Assembly: GCA_963777955.1 (NCBI GenBank)
Contig: CAVZSQ010000015.1
Location: 128,001-192,000, forward strand
Length of the DNA stretch: 64,000 bases
DNA from: Calditrichia bacterium
Lineage (GTDB): Bacteria > Calditrichota > Calditrichia > JAJRVZ01
Direction of reading: 5' to 3'
A program made the position numbers and the translations under genes. Numbering within the stretch: position 1 is the stretch's first letter; each line of letters begins with the position of its first letter. The notes beneath the pieces were generated by a model that was not told the origin of the DNA, searched no databases, and saw only the letters and a list, made by a program, of their open reading frames with translations. Shown here in pieces: positions 41,737 through 50,326 of this stretch.

Positions 41737-44205
41737 ATGGCCATACCTTTTACAGATATTCAGAAAAAATGGAGAAAATACTGGGAAGACAATAACCTTC
41801 ATCATCTGGATCTCAGTCAGGTGCGCAGGAAATTGTACTGTCTGGTCATGTTTCCCTATCCTTCCTCAGATAAATTACATCTGGGTCACTGGTTTAATTA
41901 CGCACCGGTAGACACCTGGGCCCGCTTTCAAAGAATGAATGGATTTGATGTTTTTCAACCGATGGGTTTCGATGCTTTCGGATTACCTGCGGAAAATTAT
42001 GCCGTAAAATCCGGCATTCATCCTCAGATAACCACCCGCGCTAATGTAGCTTTCATACGCAATCAATTAAAAGAAATCGGCGCCATGTATGATTGGTCCT
42101 ATGAGGTGGACACCAGTGCTCCGGAATATTATAAGTGGACTCAGTGGCTTTTTCTGCAATTTTATAAACATGGCCTGGCCTATCGTGCTGAAGCGGCGGT
42201 AAACTGGTGCCCTGGTTGCCAGACAGTGCTGGCTAATGAACAGGTAATCGAGACACGCTGTGAACGGTGCTCCAGTCCGGTTGAAAAGAAATTTTTAACC
42301 CAGTGGTTCCTGCGCATAACTTCTTATGCTGATCAGTTGCTGGAAGGATTGGAGCGGATCAACTGGCCGGAAAAAACAAAACTGATGCAAAAAAACTGGA
42401 TAGGTAAAAGTCACGGTGTCGAAATCACTTTCCAGATCAAGACTGCCGGCCCCCAAAAGGTGACCGTGTTTACCACCCGTCCGGATACTCTTTTTGGCGC
42501 TACCTATCTGGTACTGGCACCCGAACATCAGCTGGTCGAAAAAATAACCACCGCTGAACAAAAACAGCATGTCGCCGATTACATTAAGGCGACCTCCAGG
42601 ATAAGTGAAATTGACCGTACGTCAACAGTCAGGGAAAAAACCGGTGTCTTTAGCGGTGCTTATGCTGTCAATCCGGTCAATCAGCGCCTGATACCGGTCT
42701 GGATTGCTGATTATGTTCTGTTGACTTATGGTACAGGGGCGATCATGGCAGTGCCGGCCCACGATGAGCGTGATTTTGATTTTGCCCATAAATATAATCT
42801 GCCGGTGGAAAAAGTTATCCTGGAAGACGGACATACGGCCGATGAAACCCTTACAACAGCCTTTTGCGGTGAAGGAACCATGATCAATTCGGCCAAATAT
42901 AATGGTTTACCATCGGCTGTGGGTATGGAACGCATCAGTGCTGATCTGGAACGGGACGGGGTGGGGCAGCGCACAGTAAAATATAAATTCCGTGATTGGT
43001 TGATCAGCCGTCAGCGATACTGGGGAGCCCCGATCCCCATGATTTTCTGCGAGACATGCGGTGAAGTACCGGTACCTGAAAGTGATTTGCCTGTCTTGCT
43101 GCCGTATGAAGTCGATTTTAAACCCAGAGGAGTGCCACCCCTGGCCACAGCCGAAAAATTTGTGAACACAACATGTCCCAAATGTTCCCAACCTGCCCGG
43201 CGGGAAGTGGAAACCATGGATACTTTTGTCGATTCTTCCTGGTACTTTTTGCGCTATACCAGTAATAAACTGACGGCGAAACCATGGGATGATAAATTGG
43301 TGAACAAATGGCTACCCATTGATCAGTATGTGGGTGGTGTTGACCATGCCACGATGCATCTGCTGTATGCCAGGTTTTTTATTAAAGCATTAAAAGATAT
43401 GGGTTTGCTGAAATTTGATGAGCCTTTCAGCAAGCTGGTTCACCAGGGCGTGATCAAGGGACCGGATGGACAGCGAATGTCAAAATCAAGGGGTAATGTC
43501 ATCAATCCCGAGCAATACCTGGACCAATACGGCAGTGATATCTTTAGATGTTATCTGATGTTCGGTTTTGATTTCCAGGATGGCGGACCATGGGACGATT
43601 CAGGAATCGCTGCAATAGATAAGTTTATCAACCGCCTGTGGCGCCTGGTAGAGGATAACCGGCAGATTCTGACACATGAAACCAACAGCGACAAGTTTCA
43701 GGAGTCTGAAAAAGAACTGAATACGGTAATGCATAATTCTATTAAAGGAGCTACGGCAGACATAGAACGGTTTCACTTCAACACTGCGCTCAGCAGGATA
43801 ATGGAACTGGTCAATGCCTTATATCATTATCTGCAAAACGTTGAAGTGGGCCGGCAGAACACCACACTGTTAAAAAAGGGCATTAAAAATGTAATATTGC
43901 TGCTGGCGCCGTTTGCACCTCATTTGAGCGAGGAATTATGGGAAATGCACGGAGAAAAACCGTCGATTTTCGATCAGACCTGGCCGGTGTTTGATCCCGC
44001 AGCCCTGCATAAAGAGGAAATAACCTGGGTGATCCAGATTAATGGTAAGATCAGGGCACGTATATCGGCGGCAATTGATCTGAACCAGGAGCAGGCCAGA
44101 GAAATAGCGACTACCAGCGGCCGGATGCCGGAACTATTGACCGGTAAAAAGATTCAGAAGGTGATTGTCGTACCGAAAAAACTGATTAATATTGTCGTAA
44201 CTTGA
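41737..44205 (+). CDS. leuS: Leucine-tRNA ligase
   Basis: MFPYPS, HLGH, FTTRPDT, GTGAIMAVPAHD, DWLISRQRYWG, RMSKS. Confidence 0.97.
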   Translation: MAIPFTDIQKKWRKYWEDNNLHHLDLSQVRRKLYCLVMFPYPSSDKLHLGHWFNYAPVDTWARFQRMNGFDVFQPMGFDAFGLPAENYAVKSGIHPQITTRANVAFIRNQLKEIGAMYDWSYEVDTSAPEYYKWTQWLFLQFYKHGLAYRAEAAVNWCPGCQTVLANEQVIETRCERCSSPVEKKFLTQWFLRITSYADQLLEGLERINWPEKTKLMQKNWIGKSHGVEITFQIKTAGPQKVTVFTTRPDTLFGATYLVLAPEHQLVEKITTAEQKQHVADYIKATSRISEIDRTSTVREKTGVFSGAYAVNPVNQRLIPVWIADYVLLTYGTGAIMAVPAHDERDFDFAHKYNLPVEKVILEDGHTADETLTTAFCGEGTMINSAKYNGLPSAVGMERISADLERDGVGQRTVKYKFRDWLISRQRYWGAPIPMIFCETCGEVPVPESDLPVLLPYEVDFKPRGVPPLATAEKFVNTTCPKCSQPARREVETMDTFVDSSWYFLRYTSNKLTAKPWDDKLVNKWLPIDQYVGGVDHATMHLLYARFFIKALKDMGLLKFDEPFSKLVHQGVIKGPDGQRMSKSRGNVINPEQYLDQYGSDIFRCYLMFGFDFQDGGPWDDSGIAAIDKFINRLWRLVEDNRQILTHETNSDKFQESEKELNTVMHNSIKGATADIERFHFNTALSRIMELVNALYHYLQNVEVGRQNTTLLKKGIKNVILLLAPFAPHLSEELWEMHGEKPSIFDQTWPVFDPAALHKEEITWVIQINGKIRARISAAIDLNQEQAREIATTSGRMPELLTGKKIQKVIVVPKKLINIVVT

Positions 44206-45707
44206 AAAATATTCTGCAAAATGTACTGTCTATCCCGGTGTCGGACTGGTTCTGGACGGCGGCGGCCCTGTTATTCATCAGCGGCTTATTAATATTTATT
44301 GAGCTGGCCACAAAAAAGTGGGGCTGGGACCGCACGATTTCCCGCAAGGCGGTACATCTTATTGTCGGCCTGTCAATTTGTTCCGCGCCCTGGATCTTTG
44401 TCAGCAAGATACCGCTGATCATTCTTTCGTCATTATTTATCGTTATAAATTACTGGGCCATCAGGACGCGGCATTTGACCGGAATTCATCTCAATGATCA
44501 ATCCTATGGTACAGTTTATTATCCAATCTCGATTTTACTGCTGGACATTTTATTATGGCCCGCCTATAAGATCTTATTTGTACTGGCTGCACTGATCATG
44601 GTCGTTGCCGATGCCATGGCCGCACTGGTTGGCAACAATTTCGCCTCCAAGTTTTATGTTTTTTATGAAGAACGGAAATCGATTCCTGGTTCCATCACCA
44701 TGTTTATCACCAGTGTTATTTTATTGTTCGCCGGTACGCAATTATTGATTGTCCAAAACCTGGGTCAGAATCTGCTGCTGGCCATCCTGGTGGGCATAGT
44801 GGTTACGGCAGCCGAACTCATATCCCGCAGGGGTTCTGATAATCTTTCAGTACCGCTCATCGCAGCTTTATTTTTATACGGTTTTTTGGGGCCGGCGGCC
44901 GAAGGTATGCGCCTGCAGTTGTCCCTGGGTATAATCCTGGCGGGTATGGTAGCCATGGTCAGTTACCGGTTCCATTTTTTAAAAATGAATGGGGCAGTGG
45001 TGACATTTCTGCTGGGCAGCATTATTTTTGGTTTTGGCGGCATTAAATATACGATACCCATACTGGTCTTTTTCATCCTTTCCAGTCTGTTATCCAGGGT
45101 CGGCCGTAGGCGAAAAACCGAAATGGAAAGTTCTTTTGAAAAAAGCGGTGTACGTGATATGTCCCAGGTATTGGCCAACGGAGGAATCGCCGGTATATTG
45201 ATGATTTTTATTTTTATTTTACAGCGAGACGATTGGTATCCTGTTTATCTGGTGGCAGTAGCAGCAGCTACAGCAGATACCTGGGCTACAGAAATAGGGA
45301 TATTTTCCCGGTCCAGGCCGCGGTTAATCACCAATTTTAAGCAAGTGGCAGCGGGTTATTCCGGTGCAATTTCGATTTTAGGCAGTCTGGCCGCGGTATG
45401 CGGCAGTACGGTTATTCTGCTGGCCGGTTTGTATTTTCTACGGGATTTCGGGCAGTGGCAGGCCGCGATAATATGGAGTGTGATCGGTTGTGGTGTTTTG
45501 GGCAGTTTTATCGACAGTTATATCGGGGCAACTGTTCAGGCGCAATATCAATGTAAACTCTGTCATAAGAGCACAGAAAAAAGGATTCACTGTCAGCAGC
45601 AAGCGCATCTGGTCAGTGGTAAGGCCTGGTTAAACAATGACTGGGTCAATTTTTTATCGATAGCGGCAGCAACTATAATTAGTTTTATCTTACTCAATAA
45701 TTTCTAA
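44202..45707 (+). CDS. Phytol/dolichol-kinase-like domain fused to DUF92 domain
   Basis: SRKAVH, ADAMAALVG, KSIPGS, GSDNLSVP; then RDMSQVLANGG, ADTWATEIG, SGAIS, DSYIGATVQ, NNDWVN. Confidence 0.88.
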   Translation: MKNILQNVLSIPVSDWFWTAAALLFISGLLIFIELATKKWGWDRTISRKAVHLIVGLSICSAPWIFVSKIPLIILSSLFIVINYWAIRTRHLTGIHLNDQSYGTVYYPISILLLDILLWPAYKILFVLAALIMVVADAMAALVGNNFASKFYVFYEERKSIPGSITMFITSVILLFAGTQLLIVQNLGQNLLLAILVGIVVTAAELISRRGSDNLSVPLIAALFLYGFLGPAAEGMRLQLSLGIILAGMVAMVSYRFHFLKMNGAVVTFLLGSIIFGFGGIKYTIPILVFFILSSLLSRVGRRRKTEMESSFEKSGVRDMSQVLANGGIAGILMIFIFILQRDDWYPVYLVAVAAATADTWATEIGIFSRSRPRLITNFKQVAAGYSGAISILGSLAAVCGSTVILLAGLYFLRDFGQWQAAIIWSVIGCGVLGSFIDSYIGATVQAQYQCKLCHKSTEKRIHCQQQAHLVSGKAWLNNDWVNFLSIAAATIISFILLNNF

Positions 45708-45723
45708 GACTAATGGTCTGGAT

Positions 45724-46002
45724 ATGTGGTATGCCTTGACGGCCAACACGTCAGTTCGTGGTAAAAAAGAAGCGCGCAAGGAATTTTACAGCAATGCTCA
45801 TGAATTGGTGGTATCTGCGGAGAGCCGGGAGTTACTGGAGGTAAAGATTCAGGAGTGTCTGAAGGAATATCCCGAGCAGGCTGAGAAGTATTTGCGTGCC
45901 GGGATCAAGATTGTCGAAGCAGATTCATTAAAAGCCGCCAAGAAGAAAGCCCTACACATAACAACGTATTTTAATCATACCGGCCAGTACAGTATCTTTT
46001 AA
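45724..46002 (+). CDS. Small hypothetical protein ending 10 bp before dif
   Basis: 92-aa ORF in series after the DUF92 gene; IVEADSLKAAKKKA motif; C-terminal QYSIF. Confidence 0.65.
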   Translation: MWYALTANTSVRGKKEARKEFYSNAHELVVSAESRELLEVKIQECLKEYPEQAEKYLRAGIKIVEADSLKAAKKKALHITTYFNHTGQYSIF

Positions 46003-46012
46003 TACCATATAT

Positions 46013-46040
46013 TTGTTCTATAATATATATTATGTAAACT
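46013..46040 (+). other. dif: dif site (XerCD chromosome dimer resolution)
   Basis: TTGTTCTATAA-TATATA-TTATGTAAACT: 11-6-11 architecture, spacer and XerD arm identical to B. subtilis dif; intergenic, at the gene-orientation switch. Confidence 0.9.
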
Positions 46041-46307
46041 AACATATATACGAAATTATCCCCTATTTAAAATAAATATAACAGGTTAAGAAAATGTTCA
46101 ATCAGTATCTTTTTTAAAGTGTTCAATCTGCTATAATGGCAGGATAATTATTACAATCGTTATAATTGCATGATGGAAAAGATTTCTATAAATTTGGCCT
46201 GGCAACAATCGATCCGTCGCGAAAACAGGGTAATAACTGATCGGCACTGCCCTGCTTTAAACAGAAGATGGAAAGAATATAAATTCAAATAATAAAAGGA
46301 GGAAGAG

Positions 46308-46517
46308 ATGGATAAGGATATAATGGTCAGTGAATATATTAGAATATATTTTTCCTGTCACCCGCAAGAACTGCCTAAAGATCCGGAAAAAGCCTTCCAA
46401 TTGATGAGTCAACTGCATAAAAAATATAAAAATATCTTCATGGATGACTTCAAAGCAAAAAGCAGCAAATTCGTTGATAAATTCATGGATAAAGACGAGA
46501 AAGAAAGATATTATTAA
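46308..46517 (+). CDS. Orphan 69-aa protein in AT-rich segment
   Basis: Strong AAGGAGG RBS at 46296-46302; no recognisable family. Confidence 0.65.
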   Translation: MDKDIMVSEYIRIYFSCHPQELPKDPEKAFQLMSQLHKKYKNIFMDDFKAKSSKFVDKFMDKDEKERYY

Positions 46518-46821
46518 TAAAACATTAATACAATAACTTGTGTATTAATAAATAGTAATTGGTAATTAGTAAAATTTAATTCAGCTGCCATCTTCGCTAT
46601 CTTATATCTCTGTATCAAGCAAATAGTTGCTTTATAAAATAATAGTATCTCCCGACGCTCATAAATAAACGCATTATAAATATTAGTAAAGTTAATGCAG
46701 CTATCGATTAGACCGCTGAAAAATTTAACCGCTAATTTAATATATCTAGAGTAGTTTTAATATATTGCATATATAAAGTAAAAGTTTAGATTTGAAACTT
46801 AAAAATATAGTTTAAAGAATA

Positions 46822-47652
46822 TCAGCTGTGCGCAGACAGGTGTCTCAGAACTGTTTCCAGTACCCCGCCGGCAACGGCGCGGCAATTTGCCGGCAGCGTA
46901 ACAAGTGCCTCCCTGGATTTCTGGTAACTGATCAACTCAAAAAGCGGCTGTCCGGCCAGCACAAAATGACCACTGTGCAGCAGTCCGGTAATATAACCTT
47001 TGTTCGGAGCCATTATGTTTATATTATTGAGTATACCAATGGTTTCGCGTTCCTTTACCTCATCCCCTATCCTTTTTTCCGTCTGAAAAATCCCCTGCAA
47101 AGGAGATTTTAAGACATTATCAGCTGCCGGATATTCGGGAACAATCTGATGCCGGCTGTTGAAAACCATGCCATAATATTGCTGGCTGTCACCGATAATA
47201 TAATGACCGTCCTCACCCACATTGTAAATAAATCCAATACGGATCACACAAGGAAAATCGCTCCAATTCAGCTCCGTCTTTTTAGTTTTGGAAAATGAAC
47301 GGGTACAGTCGACCAGAACCTCCGGTCTCAATCGTTCCAGTATCTGCTGGTCACCGGCAGCCATTGTATTGATCACCGGTATGATCCGGTTAAGCGAACA
47401 TTCCTGTATTTGTTCGTGCAATAAATTATCAGCGCTTGCCGCTAAAACTACGGCAGCCTGAACGTTTTCGACTGTCTTTCGCTCACAATAAATCACATCA
47501 GAGAAATTGCGGACAAAATGAAGATCGCTGGGCTGCCCCTGTTCCAGCAGCACAGGCTGGAATCCTGATTGGAACAGGCGCAGGGCTGTGGCAGTTCCCC
47601 GATCCCCTGCCCCCATAATCACGATCTTGGAGTTCCAGGGGTAAGCGATCAT
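46822..47652 (-). CDS. Divergent YqeB-like (selenium-dependent molybdenum hydroxylase accessory) protein
   Basis: GAGD-GT-TALRLFQSGF, EQGQP, RIGDEV, G-ITGLLHSG, RAVAGGVLE; adjacent to yqeC-like gene. Confidence 0.75.
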   Translation of the reverse strand: MIAYPWNSKIVIMGAGDRGTATALRLFQSGFQPVLLEQGQPSDLHFVRNFSDVIYCERKTVENVQAAVVLAASADNLLHEQIQECSLNRIIPVINTMAAGDQQILERLRPEVLVDCTRSFSKTKKTELNWSDFPCVIRIGFIYNVGEDGHYIIGDSQQYYGMVFNSRHQIVPEYPAADNVLKSPLQGIFQTEKRIGDEVKERETIGILNNINIMAPNKGYITGLLHSGHFVLAGQPLFELISYQKSREALVTLPANCRAVAGGVLETVLRHLSAHS

Positions 47653-48380
47653 TTGAGTTGCAGCAGGGTTGAGTTATAGATACTGCCCATGACCACTTTT
47701 TCGATTCCGCCCAATCTTAATTTCTTGGTCAATTGAATTGCTAAATTTTCTACCAGCAAATTTTCAACTTTGTTCAGGAAAAATATCTGCGAGCTGCAGT
47801 GCTTTCTGATCTTTACAAATTTCGGATGCGCTAGATACATGGAGGCCAGATTTTGCGGAGTCATGAAAGAGTCCTGTAACAGGTATTTATTCCGGGATAA
47901 GGTCCAGTTTTCATTACGGCGCTGGTTAATTACATCGGCACCTACCACGTTGATAACCGAATGGATTTTAAACGGCAGGGTTGGATCCACCTTTTCAAAA
48001 CCACTGAGCGACCGGCCGCGGGTATTATCCGCTTCAATAAAAAAAAAGTCGGCCGGGTTGCTCCGCATAATTTTTTCCAGTTCCGTTTTAGTGAATGGCA
48101 GTATATAATTTTTATCTATCTTTTTACCGATAAAAACTATTTTATACTTGGCTAATTCACCGGCTAGTTGTTTACGCATCAAAACAGGATCTTTGCTGAT
48201 CAGCGTACTCGATTCATATGGAGCAGCCAGAGGAAAAAGCGAAGCAATGACAGTTACTTTGTTGTAATATTTGGCATCAGCGGCCAGTTTATTTATCAGT
48301 GCTGATTTTCCACCACCGCCGATAACCAGAATATTTTTATCCTGTTCGCTGAGAAACGTTTGATAGAATACAGACTGCAT
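47649..48380 (-). CDS. Divergent YqeC-like protein
   Basis: GGGGKS, IEAD, VVGADVI, FFLNKVE. Confidence 0.7.
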   Translation of the reverse strand: MQSVFYQTFLSEQDKNILVIGGGGKSALINKLAADAKYYNKVTVIASLFPLAAPYESSTLISKDPVLMRKQLAGELAKYKIVFIGKKIDKNYILPFTKTELEKIMRSNPADFFFIEADNTRGRSLSGFEKVDPTLPFKIHSVINVVGADVINQRRNENWTLSRNKYLLQDSFMTPQNLASMYLAHPKFVKIRKHCSSQIFFLNKVENLLVENLAIQLTKKLRLGGIEKVVMGSIYNSTLLQLK

Positions 48381-48381
48381 A

Positions 48382-48804
48382 CTAGATCTGGGGCATTAAG
48401 GGTATTGCCAGTGTTTTAAGCGCATCATCGAATGAAAAAATAATATTTATTCTTTTCTTTTTCACTTCCTCAAAAATATAGCAATGCTGGAGATTTACTG
48501 TTGAATCTTTAATTGAAAAGAACTGTTTTAAACTATTCCGGCGCAGACGCCTGGTAGGCCAGGATAAACGCAGATTGGTTGATAATACCGCATCCTCTAA
48601 CAAACGTGTAAATTCAACCGCCAGATCAAGACCACAATCTTTTTTTATCATGGTAATGGCAGTATCGATTTGTACCAGGTTGGAATATAACCTGGTACGC
48701 GAATCCAGCAATTGCTGAAAATATTCTCTGGCCTGGCCGTGGTAAGGGTGATCGGAATTGATCAGCGCATACCACCCGGAATAATCGATGAAAACTTTAA
48801 TCAT
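48382..48804 (-). CDS. PIN-domain (VapC-like) protein, partially degenerate
   Basis: VFIDYSGWYAL...HGQA...IFSFDD; overlaps upstream AbrB gene. Confidence 0.8.
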   Translation of the reverse strand: MIKVFIDYSGWYALINSDHPYHGQAREYFQQLLDSRTRLYSNLVQIDTAITMIKKDCGLDLAVEFTRLLEDAVLSTNLRLSWPTRRLRRNSLKQFFSIKDSTVNLQHCYIFEEVKKKRINIIFSFDDALKTLAIPLMPQI

Positions 48805-49015
48805 ATTTTGTCGTGGATTCCTTTAATTCAGATAAAAGTAAAAGTTTATGCAAAGGATTCTTGCGAATTATTACCTCCAGACGCTTACTGCGAATTTTTT
48901 TCAGAGAAATCTCGACTTTGTCGCCTGCGGTGAGACTTAACCGGTCACGGATTTCAACCGGGATTGCAATTTTACCGGCGGGATCAATTTCAGCCAGAAA
49001 CATACCTGTTTTCAT
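48797..49015 (-). CDS. AbrB/MazE/SpoVT-family DNA-binding protein (VapB-like)
   Basis: IDPAGKIAIPVEIRDRLSLTAGDKVEI. Confidence 0.85.
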   Translation of the reverse strand: MKTGMFLAEIDPAGKIAIPVEIRDRLSLTAGDKVEISLKKIRSKRLEVIIRKNPLHKLLLLSELKESTTKYD

Positions 49016-49019
49016 TGGA

Positions 49020-49907
49020 TTAGTCCTTTAAATACCAATTTTTAAATTCGGTCAGATCAAATATACCGTCTTCAGTGATCAATTTGCTTAACAAACTTAA
49101 AGGCACTGATTCATAATAGATATTATGGACTTTTAGATTTTTATTCCGGGGAGTATAAATCTCACCTGAATAATGCTTGTAAAAGCGTACGGCATATTCC
49201 CGTTCGGCTAATATCTTATCCGTATCTGCGGCCAGATAAAAGGGTAATTTCAGAGAACGGGTCAGCAGGGCCAGCGGCAAAGTACCGATTTTGTTGATGA
49301 AACCTTCTTCATAAATACGGACTGCACCGGATAAAACCATTGTGGCTTGCGACAGGATGACACCCATAGCGGCATCTGCGTATAAACAGGTCGAGATGCC
49401 CTTACGGGCCAGTGTTTCAGCAAGAGTGACTCCTTCCCGTGTCGGTGTACTTTCTAAACAGTATACTTCAAACTTACGTTTTTGATTCAAAGCGGTAATT
49501 AAAATTTCAGAAACCAGGGTACTATTACCGATGGTTACGACCCGCGCGTTGGAGGAGATCAATTTACTCCCGGCCACAGCGATTTTTTCCTTGTTTTGTG
49601 CAGCCACAGCCAGCATATCCGCGATCTTCTCCAGGGTGTATTCGATTATTTCGGCATTGGTCTTTCTGGTTTTCATGGCCTTTTTTACGACATAAATCAC
49701 CGTGGATATTTTCTTTTTCAGATTAGCCATGTTCGGTTGCATTTTGACCAGGGCATGGCCCTGTTCATTCAGCGACAACAGAAAATTATCCATTTTTTTG
49801 ATCGGAGCGTCTTTAATAAAATTCTGCAAATAACGCAAGGCCAGCAAGCAGAAATCAAAGGAACTTGTCGCTTTTATCTGCTGCAACTGGTTCATAGTTG
49901 TCTTCAT
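49020..49907 (-). CDS. eIF-2B alpha/beta/delta-family protein lacking isomerase catalytic residues
   Basis: QPNMANL, ESTPTREG, DAAMG, INKIGT, PFYLAA, YESVPL, ITEDG. Confidence 0.85.
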   Translation of the reverse strand: MKTTMNQLQQIKATSSFDFCLLALRYLQNFIKDAPIKKMDNFLLSLNEQGHALVKMQPNMANLKKKISTVIYVVKKAMKTRKTNAEIIEYTLEKIADMLAVAAQNKEKIAVAGSKLISSNARVVTIGNSTLVSEILITALNQKRKFEVYCLESTPTREGVTLAETLARKGISTCLYADAAMGVILSQATMVLSGAVRIYEEGFINKIGTLPLALLTRSLKLPFYLAADTDKILAEREYAVRFYKHYSGEIYTPRNKNLKVHNIYYESVPLSLLSKLITEDGIFDLTEFKNWYLKD

Positions 49908-49911
49908 TTAT

Positions 49912-50241
49912 TCATCCCGGGGTATCGACATTCTCAATCAGCCAGTCTACATATGCCGGCGAGGCTTCTTCAATATTTACGGCAATAATTTCCGGAACCT
50001 CGTAGGTATGTAACATCTGTATCTCTTTTTCCAGTTGATTATACTTTTTTTGCGTGGTCTTGATCAGTAACAGGGTTTCCTGAGATTCCTCTACCCTGCC
50101 CTGCCAGTGATAAAGTGAAGTAACTGCCGGCATGAAGGTACAACAGGCCGCGAGTTTTTTTGAGAGTAATCTCTGGGCCATATGCCTGGCGTCTGCTTCA
50201 CTGGCAACGGTACAAAAGATGAGTAAAATCTTTTCTTTCAT
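49912..50241 (-). CDS. cutA: Divalent-cation tolerance protein CutA
   Basis: KLAACC, SLYHWQG, LIKT, HTYEVPEII, YVDW. Confidence 0.93.
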   Translation of the reverse strand: MKEKILLIFCTVASEADARHMAQRLLSKKLAACCTFMPAVTSLYHWQGRVEESQETLLLIKTTQKKYNQLEKEIQMLHTYEVPEIIAVNIEEASPAYVDWLIENVDTPG

Positions 50242-50265
50242 GAATCATCATTTAGTCTGATTTTA

Positions 50266-50294
50266 ATTGTAACGAATTCCTAAAATTAAAGCAA
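50266..50294 (-). promoter_or_regulatory. Putative sigma70 promoter of the cutA-to-yqeB operon
   Basis: TTGCTT-17 nt-TACAAT on minus strand. Confidence 0.55.
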
Positions 50295-50326
50295 GTGCAA
50301 TTTCCCTCGCGCCTAGCAATACATTC

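Noticed and set aside
46170..46292. 40-codon ORF upstream of the orphan gene
   Set aside because: No RBS or recognisable features; expected by chance
46003..46821. AT-rich intergenic region as oriC
   Set aside because: No clustered TTATCCACA DnaA boxes; genes converge rather than diverge; a dif site is present
46822..48380. Selenocysteine recoding associated with yqeB/yqeC
   Set aside because: No in-frame TGA read-through candidate or SECIS-like hairpin noticed in these or neighbouring ORFs
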